Positions 24,815 through 37,320 of a stretch of 64,000 bases of DNA are shown here, one piece after another. How positions within the stretch are numbered: the first letter of the stretch is position 1; each line of letters starts with the position of its first letter. The notes below the pieces were generated by a model that made no database searches, was not told the origin of the DNA, and worked only from the letters and a program-made list of their open reading frames with translations. The translations under genes were made by a program, and so were the position numbers. The stretch covers positions 14,260,001 to 14,324,000 of the forward strand of contig OX597824.1 in the NCBI GenBank assembly GCA_951406725.2, read 5' to 3'. The stretch comes from Octopus vulgaris. Taxonomy: Eukaryota.

Positions 24815-27117
24815 GCATCTGATGCAACTAACTTTAGTATATATAATATATAGGCGCAAGGGTGGCTGTGTAGTAAGTAGCTTGCTGTATTTGTGTGGAC
24901 TTTTTAGTCCAAATATATTGTATTTTAAATTGTAAGAGGGTTAATACCTCTGTATATGTGTTTTTAAAGAACGATGTTATAGAGAAGCAGAGGGTGGGCT
25001 TGGTGCTTTCTGTTTTCTCCCATCCTTATCATCTTGTATTATTATCATTCACCTCATCAATGTCTTGTCCAGCCTGCAAATCTACCCTTCTTTGTACTGC
25101 CTCTGTGGCAAATGAAATGAATAAAAGTAGCTTGCTTACCAACCACATGGTTCTGGGTTCAGTCCCACTGTGTGGCACCTTGGGAAAGTGATTTCTACTA
25201 TAGCCTCAGGCCAACCAAAGCCATATATATATGATGAGCTTTCATTTTTTTGTCTACCAAATCCACTCATAAGGCCTGGGGCTATAGAAGATATTTACGA
25301 AGGTGCCACAGAGATGAACTGAATCGAAAACGATGTAATTAGGAAGCAAACTTTTTACTACCCAGCCTTATTTATTGGCCACGCAGAGCTGAACACAGAC
25401 AGGACAAAATACAAAGTAGAACTTTTCTTTTTGGGAAGAAGAGGAGGAAATACGAAAAAAAAAAGAAGAAAAAGTGGATAGGTAGATAGATAGATAGATA
25501 GGCAATATTTTCAAAGTCTTTATATCGTCCAAAACGAAAAGTTTTCCAGTGTTTTCAGCATTCCTTCTGTTGTAGCAGCTGACTTACCAAAAATCACAGC
25601 TGTTCTATTCGTTAATTTCCGTAAAAAAATCTTAATACCCCTCCCTCCTCTATATTTCCTTGCCCCTCACCTATCCTCCTGCATTTAACGTGTTATAATA
25701 TCTCTTACCTTTCAGTGTTATCAATCTCTCTCTCTCTCACTCCTCTTTGCCTCTCACTTCAACTATATTTCTTCTGCTTAACAAGTTTTATTTCTCTCCT
25801 TTTACCTCTTCCTTTCAACTAAGTGTGACACACACCACAGGTACGTACGTACGTTGGTATTAGCATATTAATATTTAGCATTTATTTATTGTAACATATA
25901 AGAGTGATCTCCCTCAACTGAAAAAACTAACATCAAACCAATGTGAGATCTTTAAATCATAACGTTAAATCTTCAATGACGATGTCTATGACAACATTGT
26001 ATCAAGTACTTTTAGATATGTGTGTGGTAAGAGAGAGGGTACTTTTGAATGGAGTTGTTTGCTCTGTTTTACTAATAAGTCGAAAGGATTACTGAAGTAA
26101 ACTGAAAAATTGAAACGGAAATAAGACATGGGTAAACTGCGGTCCACAAGACTTTTTGAACGGCACACCAAACGAAACGAAACGAAAAGTTACTTAAATT
26201 TTTTTTTTTTTTTTGCACCCCACCTAGTGATTAGCTAAGTCTCGTGTGGCCCACTTTTCGAAAGATGTTGCTCATGCCTACATTAGATTACCGGATAGAG
26301 AAGATTGCAGAGTATATCGACTAGCGGATCATGGAAAGACGCAGATCTCGCATAAATGATAGGAGATGTGTGCTGTGTACCGCAAAGTGGAAGTTCTTGC
26401 AAAAACAGCAAACCCAAGACACCTGCACTGGTTACTGAAATTGCAATTTAGCAAAAATTCGATATCAAAAAATTTTCAATAACATTCAGATCTTTTTTTC
26501 TTTTTTGTCCCCTTCCCTCTTCCATAATTTCTTACATTTTTTTTAATTTTTGGTTTTTTAGAAAATATTTTCAGACGTGTGATTTTAAGTATCAGATATT
26601 AAATTATGCAAAAGTAAATTTTTGTCAGTTTAGTTTGAATTTTTTTCCCCAAAAATATTCCCTAGCAAAATAGCTGAGCTAAAAGATTAAAATAATATAC
26701 ATTTTAGAGTATAGACATTATCAGAAGAAATTTTGGGAGATATTTTCCAGTGGAAAACAATCTCACTATAATAAGGTAATTAAAGAAATGTATGTTCAAT
26801 AATGAAAGCATTAAGCAATCTTTGAGAACTGAAGGCAATCAAAATTGTTGGTATCGCGGAACGAAACACCCTTAAGGTGAAGGGAAAAAATAGTCTAATA
26901 GTATGAAGTGAAGAGGCCAGCAGAAATATGTTGACACGTGTTACTACCTCAGTAGCGGTCATCAGCACACACACACACACACACCTACACACACACACAC
27001 ACACACACACACAAGAGTTAATGAATGAAGTAGATAAGATCTAGCCTACATATGTTTCATCGCGAGCGGAACTTCGGAAGTGGTAAATATCCGAGCGAGG
27101 TGTATACCGTACGCTAC

Positions 27118-27176
<59 letters not shown>

Positions 27177-27559
27177 TCTAGAGTGTCTGTCCTATTAATT
27201 CTAACTCCTCATTTGCGTAGTTTAAAATTCGGGTATCTTATAGTCTGAACCTCCATCAAAGTAATTCATTGTACTCGTGAAGCTGTGGAAGTAAACATTA
27301 CTTTACTAAATAATAGACATTAAGACGACGACAAAGTGCGTTATTTATATATATAAATGAAATTTTGTGGGTCCAGGACCCTTGTCTCTCTCTACATTTG
27401 CTCTACATAGGCATATTATATCTTTTTGGAAGCAGGATGATCCTGGAGTTGAAAATCTGCCCTTCATTTGGTTCTTGAACATCTAAGAGCATTTGAGTAC
27501 CTATTTCTAGCAGATAAAGCGACCGTAAGATGTTTCAAAGGTTTACAAGAGTCATCTCC

Positions 27560-28195
27560 CTTTGGGACTTTCCAGTACATACAGACCGAACCATCAAGGC
27601 CAATAAACCAGATATTGTTGTGTACATACAGACCGAACCATCAAGGCCAATAAACCAGATATTGTTGTGAAAGACCAAAACAATAAAGTTTGCTTATTGA
27701 TCGACATGAGCATCCCCTGTGATCACCATATCTCAGCGAAAGAGTTTGACAAGCTCAGAAAATATAAAGACCTACTCATTGAAATTGAGAAAATGTGGCA
27801 TCTCAAGGCGGTTACAATACCAGTGATCGTAGGAGCACTAGGAATGATCAAGAAGGAAACCGAAAATTATATGAGAATGATCCCTGGCTTACCATCCCTG
27901 CAAGAAGTGCAAAAAATTGTCTTAACTGGTACATCACACGTATTGAGAAGAGCATTGTCGATGTGAGAACCGTTGCTGCTCATGTATTTTAATTTAACTT
28001 AAAAAATAAAAAAAAATTTTTTTAATTTTTTTTAAATGAACGAACTATTGAGTTTGGTTTAATGGCCTACCAATGTATACTATGAGTTTCTTTGCCCTAG
28101 GAGTCGGGAAGACACTCGGCAAGAAATGGAAGCAAATTTGAAAGAAGAAAAAAAAAAGTAACAATAATGATAATAATAATAATAATAATAATAAT
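27560..28195 (+). mobile_element. 3' end of an R4/Dong-type (restriction-like endonuclease) non-LTR retrotransposon
   Basis: LWDFPVHTDRTIKANKPDIVV...LIDMSIP...KEFDKLRKYKDL...PVIVGALG peptide; 3' UTR ending in (TAA)n; 47-bp tandem duplication at 27575-27668. Confidence 0.85.
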
Positions 28196-28687
28196 CTATT
28201 TCTTTATTGCCCATAGAGGGGACAAACAAGGACAGACAAAGGGTACTTATTTAATCGACCCCGAAAGCACGACAGGCAAAGTCGACCTAGCTATAATAAT
28301 AATAATAAACGTGACATTCTGTCTGTCGGTAAACTGACTCAAACGTTTCGGATTTAATACAAAATCTTTGTGACAGTTACTCCCGTTACCTACAATCCAC
28401 TTTATGCATGCAAGATTCGCTACATATATAAATATATACTAGGTTAAAAGTATCTTTTTTTCTTCAGAAAAGTAAATAAACCCAATCTGTTTCTTAAGCG
28501 AGGAACATATTCATACGGCACAGAATGTTTTTTTTTACCTCAATAGACGTCATTGATTGGTTGAAATTGCAGAAAATAAAACAACAAGTATCTTACAAAC
28601 AATAGAATTTTCTCAATAAAGTCAAGAGAAAAAGATGTTTTATAAACACATTCTACCAGTATACGAAGTTTAAAAGTGTTTAGTTAC

Positions 28688-28915
28688 TCTCTCTCTCTCT
28701 TTACTCTTTTACTTGTTTCAGTCATTTGACTGCGGCCATGCTGGAGCACCGCCTTTAATCGAGCAACTCGACCCCGGGACTTATTCTTTTGTAAGCCCAG
28801 TACTTATTCAATCGGTCTCTTTTGCCGAACCGCTAAGTAACGGGGACATAAACACACCAGCATCGGTTGTCAAGCAATGCTAGGGGGAACAAACACAGAC
28901 ACACAAACACACACA

Positions 28916-28953
<38 letters not shown>

Positions 28954-29113
28954 TACGACAGGCTTCTTTCAGTTTCCGTCTACCAAATCCACTCACAAGG
29001 CATTGGTCGGTCCGAGGCTATAGTAGAAGAGACTTGCCCAAGGTGCCACAAAGTGGGACTGAACCCGGAGCCATGTGGTTGGTAAACAAGCTACTTACCA
29101 CACAGCCACTCCT
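28688..29113 (-). mobile_element. Full-length tRNA-derived SINE nested in a TIR element
   Basis: Reverse complement of 30986-31376; splits a copy of the 32320-32740 element (28450-29160). Confidence 0.85.
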
Positions 29114-29305
29114 GTGGAAATTATTTTTAAAAAAAGCTGCCGTTCAAACCGAAAAGATCCAAATACTTTCTTAAAACTTGATACACTGTGCATCTTTCTC
29201 ATCATTCACATCTTTACAACTTGCCGTTTTAATAACAAATTCTTATCGTCACACCAGCTAACTCCAGATATATCATAATATTGTGTACCAAATCAATTGA
29301 TACCG

Positions 29306-29362
<57 letters not shown>

Positions 29363-29363
<1 letters not shown>

Positions 29364-30939
29364 TAAGGTATGTAGAAAAATACAACATGGACAAGAACGT
29401 ATAACTCTTAGAAGACGACACAATAAACACGGACAGGACATTCGAAACCCTCAGTCTTCAGTCAAGAACCGGATCATCGTAGTAATTTCGGCTGATTAAT
29501 CTTGAGATTACTAGATCACGGCCAGCCCTCCAAGAAAAACCAAGCAACGAGCATTAGAAAAACTAAGCTGGAAGCGTAGATTTCCTGGAAGAAGGATCGA
29601 ATGCATACGAACACCAGGACAGCAAAAGGGACAGATATAAAAAAAACAAAAAACAATAATGGAATACAGAAACATGAAATACAGAAGCATTAACGGTGAA
29701 AACAACAGTGTCTTACGACTGATAACAAGCAAACAAATTTTTTCTCTGGCGCAATGGAAAAAGCCTTTATAGTGGCGGACGAAAACAGCGATGTTAACAA
29801 GACGAGGGTCAGAAACTGAAAGGCAGATTTCGGCCAACAGTCACGTGACAGAGAAGAGGGAAAAGAAAAGAAAGAGAAGCAAAGGAAGAGAGAGAGAGAG
29901 GAGAGAGAGAGAGGAGGGACAAACGCAACAAAGAGAAAGAAGAGAGAGAAAGAAGGAATCAGAGAGGAGAAGGGATGGGTGTCGAAGAATGACCTGTGAG
30001 TGCAGAGCGAGACAAAGAAATAGGAGGGTAGTGGAAGACTAGACCAAAGAATCAGAGGAAAGAGAAGAGAAAAAGAGGATGAGTAGAGAGAAAAGAGAGA
30101 GAGGGGGACAGATCAAGTAAAAAGAGAGAGAGAGAGACAAACAGAGAGTCGTACCAATTATTAAGAATATGTGCTCACATAAATGTTAAGGGGGGTACGG
30201 GGCGCCTGGAATATATGTTAAGGTATGTAGAAAAATACAACATGGACAAGAACGTATAACTCTTAGAAGACGACACAATAAACACGGACAGGACATTCGA
30301 AACCCTCAGTCTTCAGTCAAGAACCGGATCATCGTAGTAATTTCGGCTGATTAATCTTGAGATTACTAGATCACGGCCAGCCCTCCAAGAAAAACCAAGC
30401 AACGAGCATTAGAAAAACTAAGCTGGAAGCGTAGATTTCCTGGAAGAAGGATCGAATGCATACGAACACCAGGACAGCAAAAGGGACAGATATAAAAAAA
30501 ACAAAAAACAATAATGGAATACAGAAACATGAAATACAGAAGCATTAACGGTGAAAACAACAGTGTCTTACGACTGATAACAAGCAAACAAATTTTTTCT
30601 CTGGCGCAATGGAAAAAGCCTTTATAGTGGCGGACGAAAACAGCGATGTTAACAAGACGAGGGTCAGAAACTGAAAGGCAGATTTCGGCCAACAGTCACG
30701 TGACAGAGAAGAGGGAAAAGAAAAGAAAGAGAAGCAAAGGAAGAGAGAGAGAGAGGAGAGAGAGAGAGGAGGGACAAACGCAACAAAGAGAAAGAAGAGA
30801 GAGAAAGAAGGAATCAGAGAGGAGAAGGGATGGGTGTCGAAGAATGACCTGTGAGTGCAGAGCGAGACAAAGAAATAGGAGGGTAGTGGAAGACTAGACC
30901 AAAGAATCAGAGGAAAGAGAAGAGAAAAAGAGGATGAGT

Positions 30940-30943
<4 letters not shown>
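29363..30943. repeat. 855-bp direct tandem duplication (one full plus ~0.85 unit)
   Basis: 29363-30217 repeated from 30218; identical ORF translations offset by exactly 855. Confidence 0.95.
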
Positions 30944-30985
<42 letters not shown>

Positions 30986-30987
<2 letters not shown>

Positions 30988-31376
30988 GTGTGGTAAGTAA
31001 CTTGCTTAACAACCACATGGTTCCGGGTTCAGTCCCACTGCGTGGCACCTTGGGCAAGTGTCTTCTACTATAGCCTCAAACCGACCAAAGCCTTGTGAGA
31101 GGATTTGGTAGACGGAAACTGAAAGAAGCCCGTCATATATATGTATATATATATATGTCTGTGTGTTTGTGTGCCTGAGTTTGTCCCCCTAGCATTGCTT
31201 GACAACCGATGCTGGCGTGTTTATGTCCCCGTCACTTAGCGGTTCGGCAAAAGAGACCGATTGAATAAGTACTGGGCTTACAAAGTATAAGTCCCGGGGT
31301 CGAGTTGCTCGACTAAAGGCGGTGCTCCAGCATGGCCGCAGTCAAATGACTGAAACAAGTAAAAGAGAAAAAGAGT
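30986..31376 (+). mobile_element. tRNA-derived SINE
   Basis: TGTGTGGTAAG...GGTTCAGTCCC...CCTTGGGCAAGTG...AAGTAAAAGAG. Confidence 0.85.
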
Positions 31377-31749
31377 AAATATATCCTGTCTGTCTGTCCG
31401 GACCACTATATCTCACTCTACACTTCCATGAGAAGTTTCACTGAACATAGTTTTACTGAGATAAACGGTTTATAAGAGTTACCTCCCTTAGCTTAAAGTT
31501 TTACTAAGATATTTATTGGGTCTATTATCTTTCTTCAGGCATCAGACTGCGGCCATGCTGGGGCACCGCACTGACGGATTTTAATCGAACAAATCGACAC
31601 CAATTCTTCCTTTTTATATGTCTAGTACTTTTTTAACTGTCCTTTTTTTTTTTTACCGAACTGCTAAGTTACGTGAGCGTAAAACACACAAGCACTAGTT
31701 ATCTAATGGTGGTGGCGGACAAACGCAGACACAAAGCGACACACTCTCT

Positions 31750-32147
31750 CACTCTTTTACTCTTTTACTTGTTTCAGTCATTTGACTGCGGCCATGCTGG
31801 AGCACCGCCTTTAGTCGAGCAAATCGACCCCGGGACTTATACTTTGTAAGCCCAGTACTTATTCTATCGGTCTCTTTTGCTGAACCGCTAAGTGACGGGG
31901 ACGTAAACACACCAGCATCGGTCGTCAAGCAATGCTAGGGGGACAAACACACACACATACATATATCTATATATAGATATATTCGACAGGCTTCTTTCAG
32001 TTTCCGTCTACCAAATCCACTCACAAGGCATTGGTCGGCCCGGGGCTATGGGAGAAGACACTTGCCCAAGATGCCACGCAGTGGGACTGAACCTGGAACC
32101 ATGTGGTAGGTTAGCAAGCTACTTACCACACAGCCACTCCTGCGCCT
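31750..32147 (-). mobile_element. tRNA-derived SINE
   Basis: Inverted copy of 30986-31376. Confidence 0.85.
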
Positions 32148-32319
32148 TTTGATTTTGATTTCAAGAGACTTCAATTTCCTGTAGGAGTTAGTTTTGCAGT
32201 GTCAATTAACAAGCCTCAAGGGCAATCCCTAAAAATCGTTGGACTTCACCTCATGCTGCAGTACCTTTCCCGTGGTCAGCTCTATGCTGGTTGTTCCAGA
32301 GTTGGAAATGGTAACAATC

Positions 32320-32740
32320 GGATCTTTTCGGTTTGAACGGCAGTTTTTTCTAGCGGTGTCATATGAAATTGTCACCCATAATTATGACCCTAGTATCGAT
32401 CTATTGCATTTTAATCTGTTTTAGGGTTAGGGTTAGGGGTGAGGGGAAGGGAATCTTTTATTTTTTCTTCAGAAATGTAAATAAACCCAATCTGTTTCTT
32501 AAACGAAGGACATATTCATACGGCACAGAATGTTTTCACCTCAATAGACGTCATTGATTGGTTGAAATTGCAGAAATTGAAGAAAAAAAACAAAAAATAT
32601 CTTACAAACTATAAAATTTTTTCAATAAAGCCAAGAGAAAAATATGTTTTATAAACTCATTTTACCAGTATACGAAGTTTAAAAGTGTTTAGTTACGTGG
32701 AAATTATTTTAAAAAACTGCCGGTCAAACCGAAAAGATCC
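32320..32740. mobile_element. Non-autonomous TIR element with internal (TTAGGG)3
   Basis: ~29-bp TIRs GGATCTTTTCGGTTTGAACGGCAGTTTTT / AAAAACTGCCGGTCAAACCGAAAAGATCC; second partial copy at 28450-29160. Confidence 0.8.
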
Positions 32741-33210
32741 AAAATACTTCGTCGGCAATTTCCGTAAATCTTTTTTATTTCTTTAATTTTTCTTTTCTGC
32801 TGGATTGCTAAATTTTATGCAGTGTATGATCATCAGAAAAAAATTAAATTAAAGAAAAAAAAAATATCATGGAAACAAAATGAAAATACGTTTAAGTTGT
32901 GCAGGATAAGGAAAAAAATTAATTACTGAAATGAATTTAATTTAAAATCGAAATGTCGAAACCTCAGTGGTTTCGACATTTCGATTTTAAAACGAAAGTG
33001 AAAGTGTTCAGCTGAACTAGTAAAAATCTCGGCAATAAAATGAAAGTAAAAAATAATGTTTTACTTAGAAAGTGAAATTCTATTTTGATACCACAAATAT
33101 CGTCGTGGTTGTTACCAAGAGGGCCTCTGGGTTCTAATGATATTGGTCTTATATCTGTCTTGGGTCGAAATACCTCCACTTTATTAACCACCATCGCTCT
33201 GATTGCACAG

Positions 33211-33884
33211 CTGAGTTCAAATTCCGCCGAGGTCGACTTTGCCTTTCATCCTTTCGGGGTCGACAAATTAAGTACCAGTTACGCACTGGGGTCGATATAA
33301 TCGACTTAATCCCTTTGTCTGTCCTTGTTTGTCCTCTCTGTGTTTAGCCCCTTGTGGGTAGTAAAGAAATAGGTATTTATTCTGCCGTTACGTTCTGAGT
33401 TCAAATTCCGCCGAGGTCGACTTTGCCTTTCATCCTTTCGGGGTCGACAAATTAAGTACCAGTTACGCACTGGGGTCGATATAATCGACTTAATCCCTTT
33501 GTCTGTCCTTGTTTGTCCTCTCTGTGTTTAGCCCCTTGTGGGTAGTAAAGAAATAGGTATTTCGTCTGCCGTTACGTTCTGAGTTCAAATTCCGCCGAGG
33601 TCGACTTTGCCTTTCATCCTTTCGGGGTCGATAAATTAAGTACCAGTTACGCACTGGGGTCGATATAATCGACTTAATCCCTTTGTCTGTCCTTGTTTGT
33701 CCTCTCTGTGTTTAGCCCCTTGTGGGTAGTAAAGAAATAGGTATTTCGTCTGCCGTTACGTTCTGAGTTCAAATTCCGCCGAGGTCGACTTTGCCTTTCA
33801 TCCTTTCGGGGTCGATAAATTAAGTACCAGTTACGCACTGGGGTCGATATAATCGACTTAATCCGTTTGTCTGTCCTTGTTTGT
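33211..33884 (+). repeat. Tandem array of Nin-like SINE body, 184-bp period, ~3.7 units
   Basis: CTGAGTTCAAATTCC at 33211, 33395, 33579 and 33763. Confidence 0.92.
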
Positions 33885-34499
33885 AAGGTGTGTTCCAAGT
33901 ACTGTTGCAGCCGTCTCCTTCAATTTGGAATAGCAAAAGTGTGCAGGTCAGCTTAATAGATGTTTAGTAATAATATACTAAAATTGCAATGGAACAGAAC
34001 AGTTACAACTACCTCTCCTGGAAAAAAAAAGTCTCAAAATTTCTGGAATGCACCTCGTAAGTTGTCAGAAATATCTAGGTAAAGGCAACAAGAATTTGTA
34101 ATGAGTAACATTGATTTGTAAACAATAATGTCGGAGTCAACAGTTGCAACGATAAAAATTAGTTGTTATGACGGCAAGTTGTCAGCTGTGAAAGATGAAC
34201 AATGCGTGAAGTTTTAAGGAAATATTTATTTACCGTTACGTTACAAATACCATGCCTCGACGGGCAGGTTTTGATAAATCCAAAAGCATGCGAAGTAAAG
34301 TTTGTGCTTGTGTCCTCTTCATTGTTTAGTAGTAAATACAGAGAAAGATAGAATGATGTAAGAGAACAGAATTAGAGCTAGTGAGAGTTGTAGGGTTGTG
34401 GGACGTTGTCTCACAGTTGCTGACAGTAAACTTCATTTCTCCCCTTGACCAAGGTTCTAGCTGGTCAGCCAGACTTCGTTCTCATTGAGTCGTCACCGA

Positions 34500-34945
34500 C
34501 TATGACTAACTGATTTTTGCTTGGGGTGTGCTTGCTTTTATAACTACCTAGAATGATAGATATATCATTGAGAACAATAGATTTAGTTGGTGGTCTTGTT
34601 ATCTCTATTCTAGATTTTGGTGAAGTAGAAGAGGTTAGAAAAGGTCAAGTGTTAAAGATGTTATTTCGGCCTACCTAAAGACATCTGGTAAAATGTAAAA
34701 CTGCTGTCAGAGAAAAAAACCATTGTTCCACCTTGGGAAAAGTTTTGTTGCAGTGTTAATTTAAATGTGGCTATGGTGGATCGAATCCACTTCATGCTTG
34801 CGAGATCCACTACAAGTTCAACCAACTCCAACGAACAGAAACTACTATAGTAATGAAAGAGCAAAAAGAGGTTGTCCGGAGGCTGTAGTGGGTTGGTGAG
34901 CGACCTCATGTTAATCTGTCGAAAGCTTTTCTCTGAATGCAATCT
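34500..34945 (-). mobile_element. Possible ancient CR1/L2-type LINE endonuclease remnant
   Basis: Minus-strand peptides QINMRSL and LDLFLTS resemble the start and end motifs of APE domains. Confidence 0.3.
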
Positions 34946-37060
34946 GAGATGTCTGCATGTGTAGTAGCAGCACTGCTCCGGGTGTAGGAGCAGTTCTCTA
35001 TCGTGGGTCCCACCTCTGAGTTTTGTAAAAAAAATTAACGGTGTTTCAGACGCAGTCTTTGTTAAGTTGAAGAGTTGCGTTCTCTAGGAGATATCCTTAA
35101 CGCCAGTGAGGTGTAGTATTCGTGACGACTTTAAGGATTCTAATAGTATGTTGTTCATACCTAGAAGGGTGATATGATAATGGTTTTTGACATATGAAGG
35201 GATTGTGCCATTTTGCTGGCGGGAGAGAAAAAGATTGGCGTTGCATCCATTGGGAGATATTTTCGAGGTCTTTATTCGTGGATTGGGCATAGATTGAATG
35301 CGAGGTAATTTAAGACCACACCTGACTGCAGAAGGTTAAAAGGTAACAGATAGGAGACTGTCACGAATAGAACACTTTTGATGAGAAGTCTACCAGTTAG
35401 CACTAACCTAATTAAGCAGTAAATTGTTAGAACCGTTAGAGTCGGACAAAATATCTAAGGTATTCGACTTAACTATTTATTTTTCCAAAAGTTGCAAAAA
35501 TAAAGTGCCTATGATGTAAGGCGGCGAACAAACTGAATCGTTAGCCTGTCCTGCAAAACGCTTAGTGGCATTTCGTCTGTCTTGACGCTTTGAGTTCAAA
35601 TTCCGTCGAGGTTGACTTTGCATTTCGTCCTTTTGGAATCGATAAAAAAAATAAGTACCAGTGGAACACTGGGGTCTATGTAATCAATTAGGCCCCTTTT
35701 CCAAACTTACTGGCTTCGTGTCAAACTTTAAAACTAATATTCCTATAATATCTTCTATTATGGTGTTATAATAGAAAGGTAAGACGCGACACAATCGAAG
35801 AATACGCAACAAGAACACCAAACAACAATATAATCACGGAAGCGAACAAATGAAAAGAAATTAAGTAAAATTGGCACCTCGTAAATCTATTGGCATGATA
35901 TTTTCCACGAAAACCTTTTGGCACCTGTGCCGCCTCTCTAAATATGAGTGTCATGTGTCAAAAAACGATTCTTAACGTTTTCACTAATATAAGTTTTATA
36001 TAGAAGTTTCCTCCTCCTATTCTTCACCAAGGTAAGCCACAAGACAATGGGATTTTAGAGTTCGGACTTTCTATCTCCTAGATGGGTGTTCTGACTAGAA
36101 CTAGAAATCCAACACTCCGAAGACATTCATTTATCATCTTAAGAACTTCTGTGTCGCTTATATCTATCTGCTATGTAAAAATATTACAAAACCTCACTAG
36201 AGATGAAATTTTTAAAATATAGAGAAACATCCCATCTATGCTTTTGATGTGCAGAAAAAAAAAAGCAAGCGAAAGCAGTGGTGGAGTCTCCTGACAAACC
36301 GTTTCACAATTTGTTGACTGCACCTCAGAGAAGGCGAACTTGGTTTCCCTCCCGAATCGATATGTATAAAGTATGCATCTTTAATATAATGCAGTCATAA
36401 TTTAAGCTAGTACCTTAGTGGGTAGTGTAATTTACATATTTGCACGTTTAAAGAGTCGTGAATAATTAAATAAAATGTTTTTTTTTAATTTACAAAAAGT
36501 GAGTATTTATGTTTGTTCGTAACTACAAAGGTACCAAAAGCATGGTAGATACAAATAAGTCATACTCACTGTGTGTGTGTGTGTCTGTATGTGTGTGTGT
36601 GTGTGTGCGTGTGTGTGTATGTGCGTGCGTGTGTGTGTGTTTAATCATAGCAATTGAACATTGATATTTTTCCAGGAGGCTTAAGTTGTTACGATCCGAT
36701 GGAGGAGACTCCGTGTAGGGGTCAAATCTCCTTCAAATATATGATATGGTGGAAGAAAAAAAGGAAAACTATTCGATCTTAGATGCTTTTTGCTCAGAGC
36801 TAACCAGGGACTAAACAAACAGCTAGATTGTCATGTCCCTTTTGAATAACGTATCACCTAATAGGATTTTTCATAGAACAGTTAAGTCACAATTTAATAT
36901 GTTGCAGCACTGTTATGATCCAGTCGATGTAAAAGAAGTGGGTAAGCTCCAAACGGGGATCGAAATCAGATCGTGTCTTAAGCTAATCGCCAAACATCAA
37001 GGGAGGGACGATGCAATCTCAGAGAGTCCAATGACCCAAATAGAAACCCAAGATTCAAAC

Positions 37061-37130
37061 ACCGGAAATAAGTTTCGCTTCAGCTCAGTCATCTACTGCG
37101 CGTGCGCAGTGAATCCCCACGTGTTTGTCT
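37061..37130 (+). promoter_or_regulatory. WDR43 proximal promoter/5' UTR motifs
   Basis: ETS-like ACCGGAAAT 37061-37069, NRF1-like TGCGCGTGCGCA 37097-37108, E-box CACGTG 37118-37123, all just upstream of ATG 37135. Confidence 0.6.
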
Positions 37131-37134
37131 CTTA

Positions 37135-37320
37135 ATGATGGCTGCCACAGAAGTTGTGAAATTCTCTCCCAATGGCAATTATTTAATACATTCTTCCGTT
37201 GATGGCATCATTAAAGTATGGGAAACTCAGACAGGCACGTTAAAAGATGAGTTTACTCCAAGTTCACATTTAGCGGCGACTTGTAGCTGCCTCGCTTGGC
37301 ATCCCTCTGTCCGATCTCCG
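37135..37320 (+). CDS. WDR43: WD repeat protein 43 (UTP5) exon 1
   Basis: MMAATEVVKFSPNG...DGIIKVWET...EFTPSSHLAATCSCLAW, matching the recalled human WDR43 N-terminus; donor GTAAG at 37321. Confidence 0.92.

Noticed and set aside
35045-35100. Further hammerhead-like stems (also ~20125-20180 and ~28335-28380)
   Set aside because: Stem II and GAAA-like parts are present but the CUGANGA core is too degenerate to call
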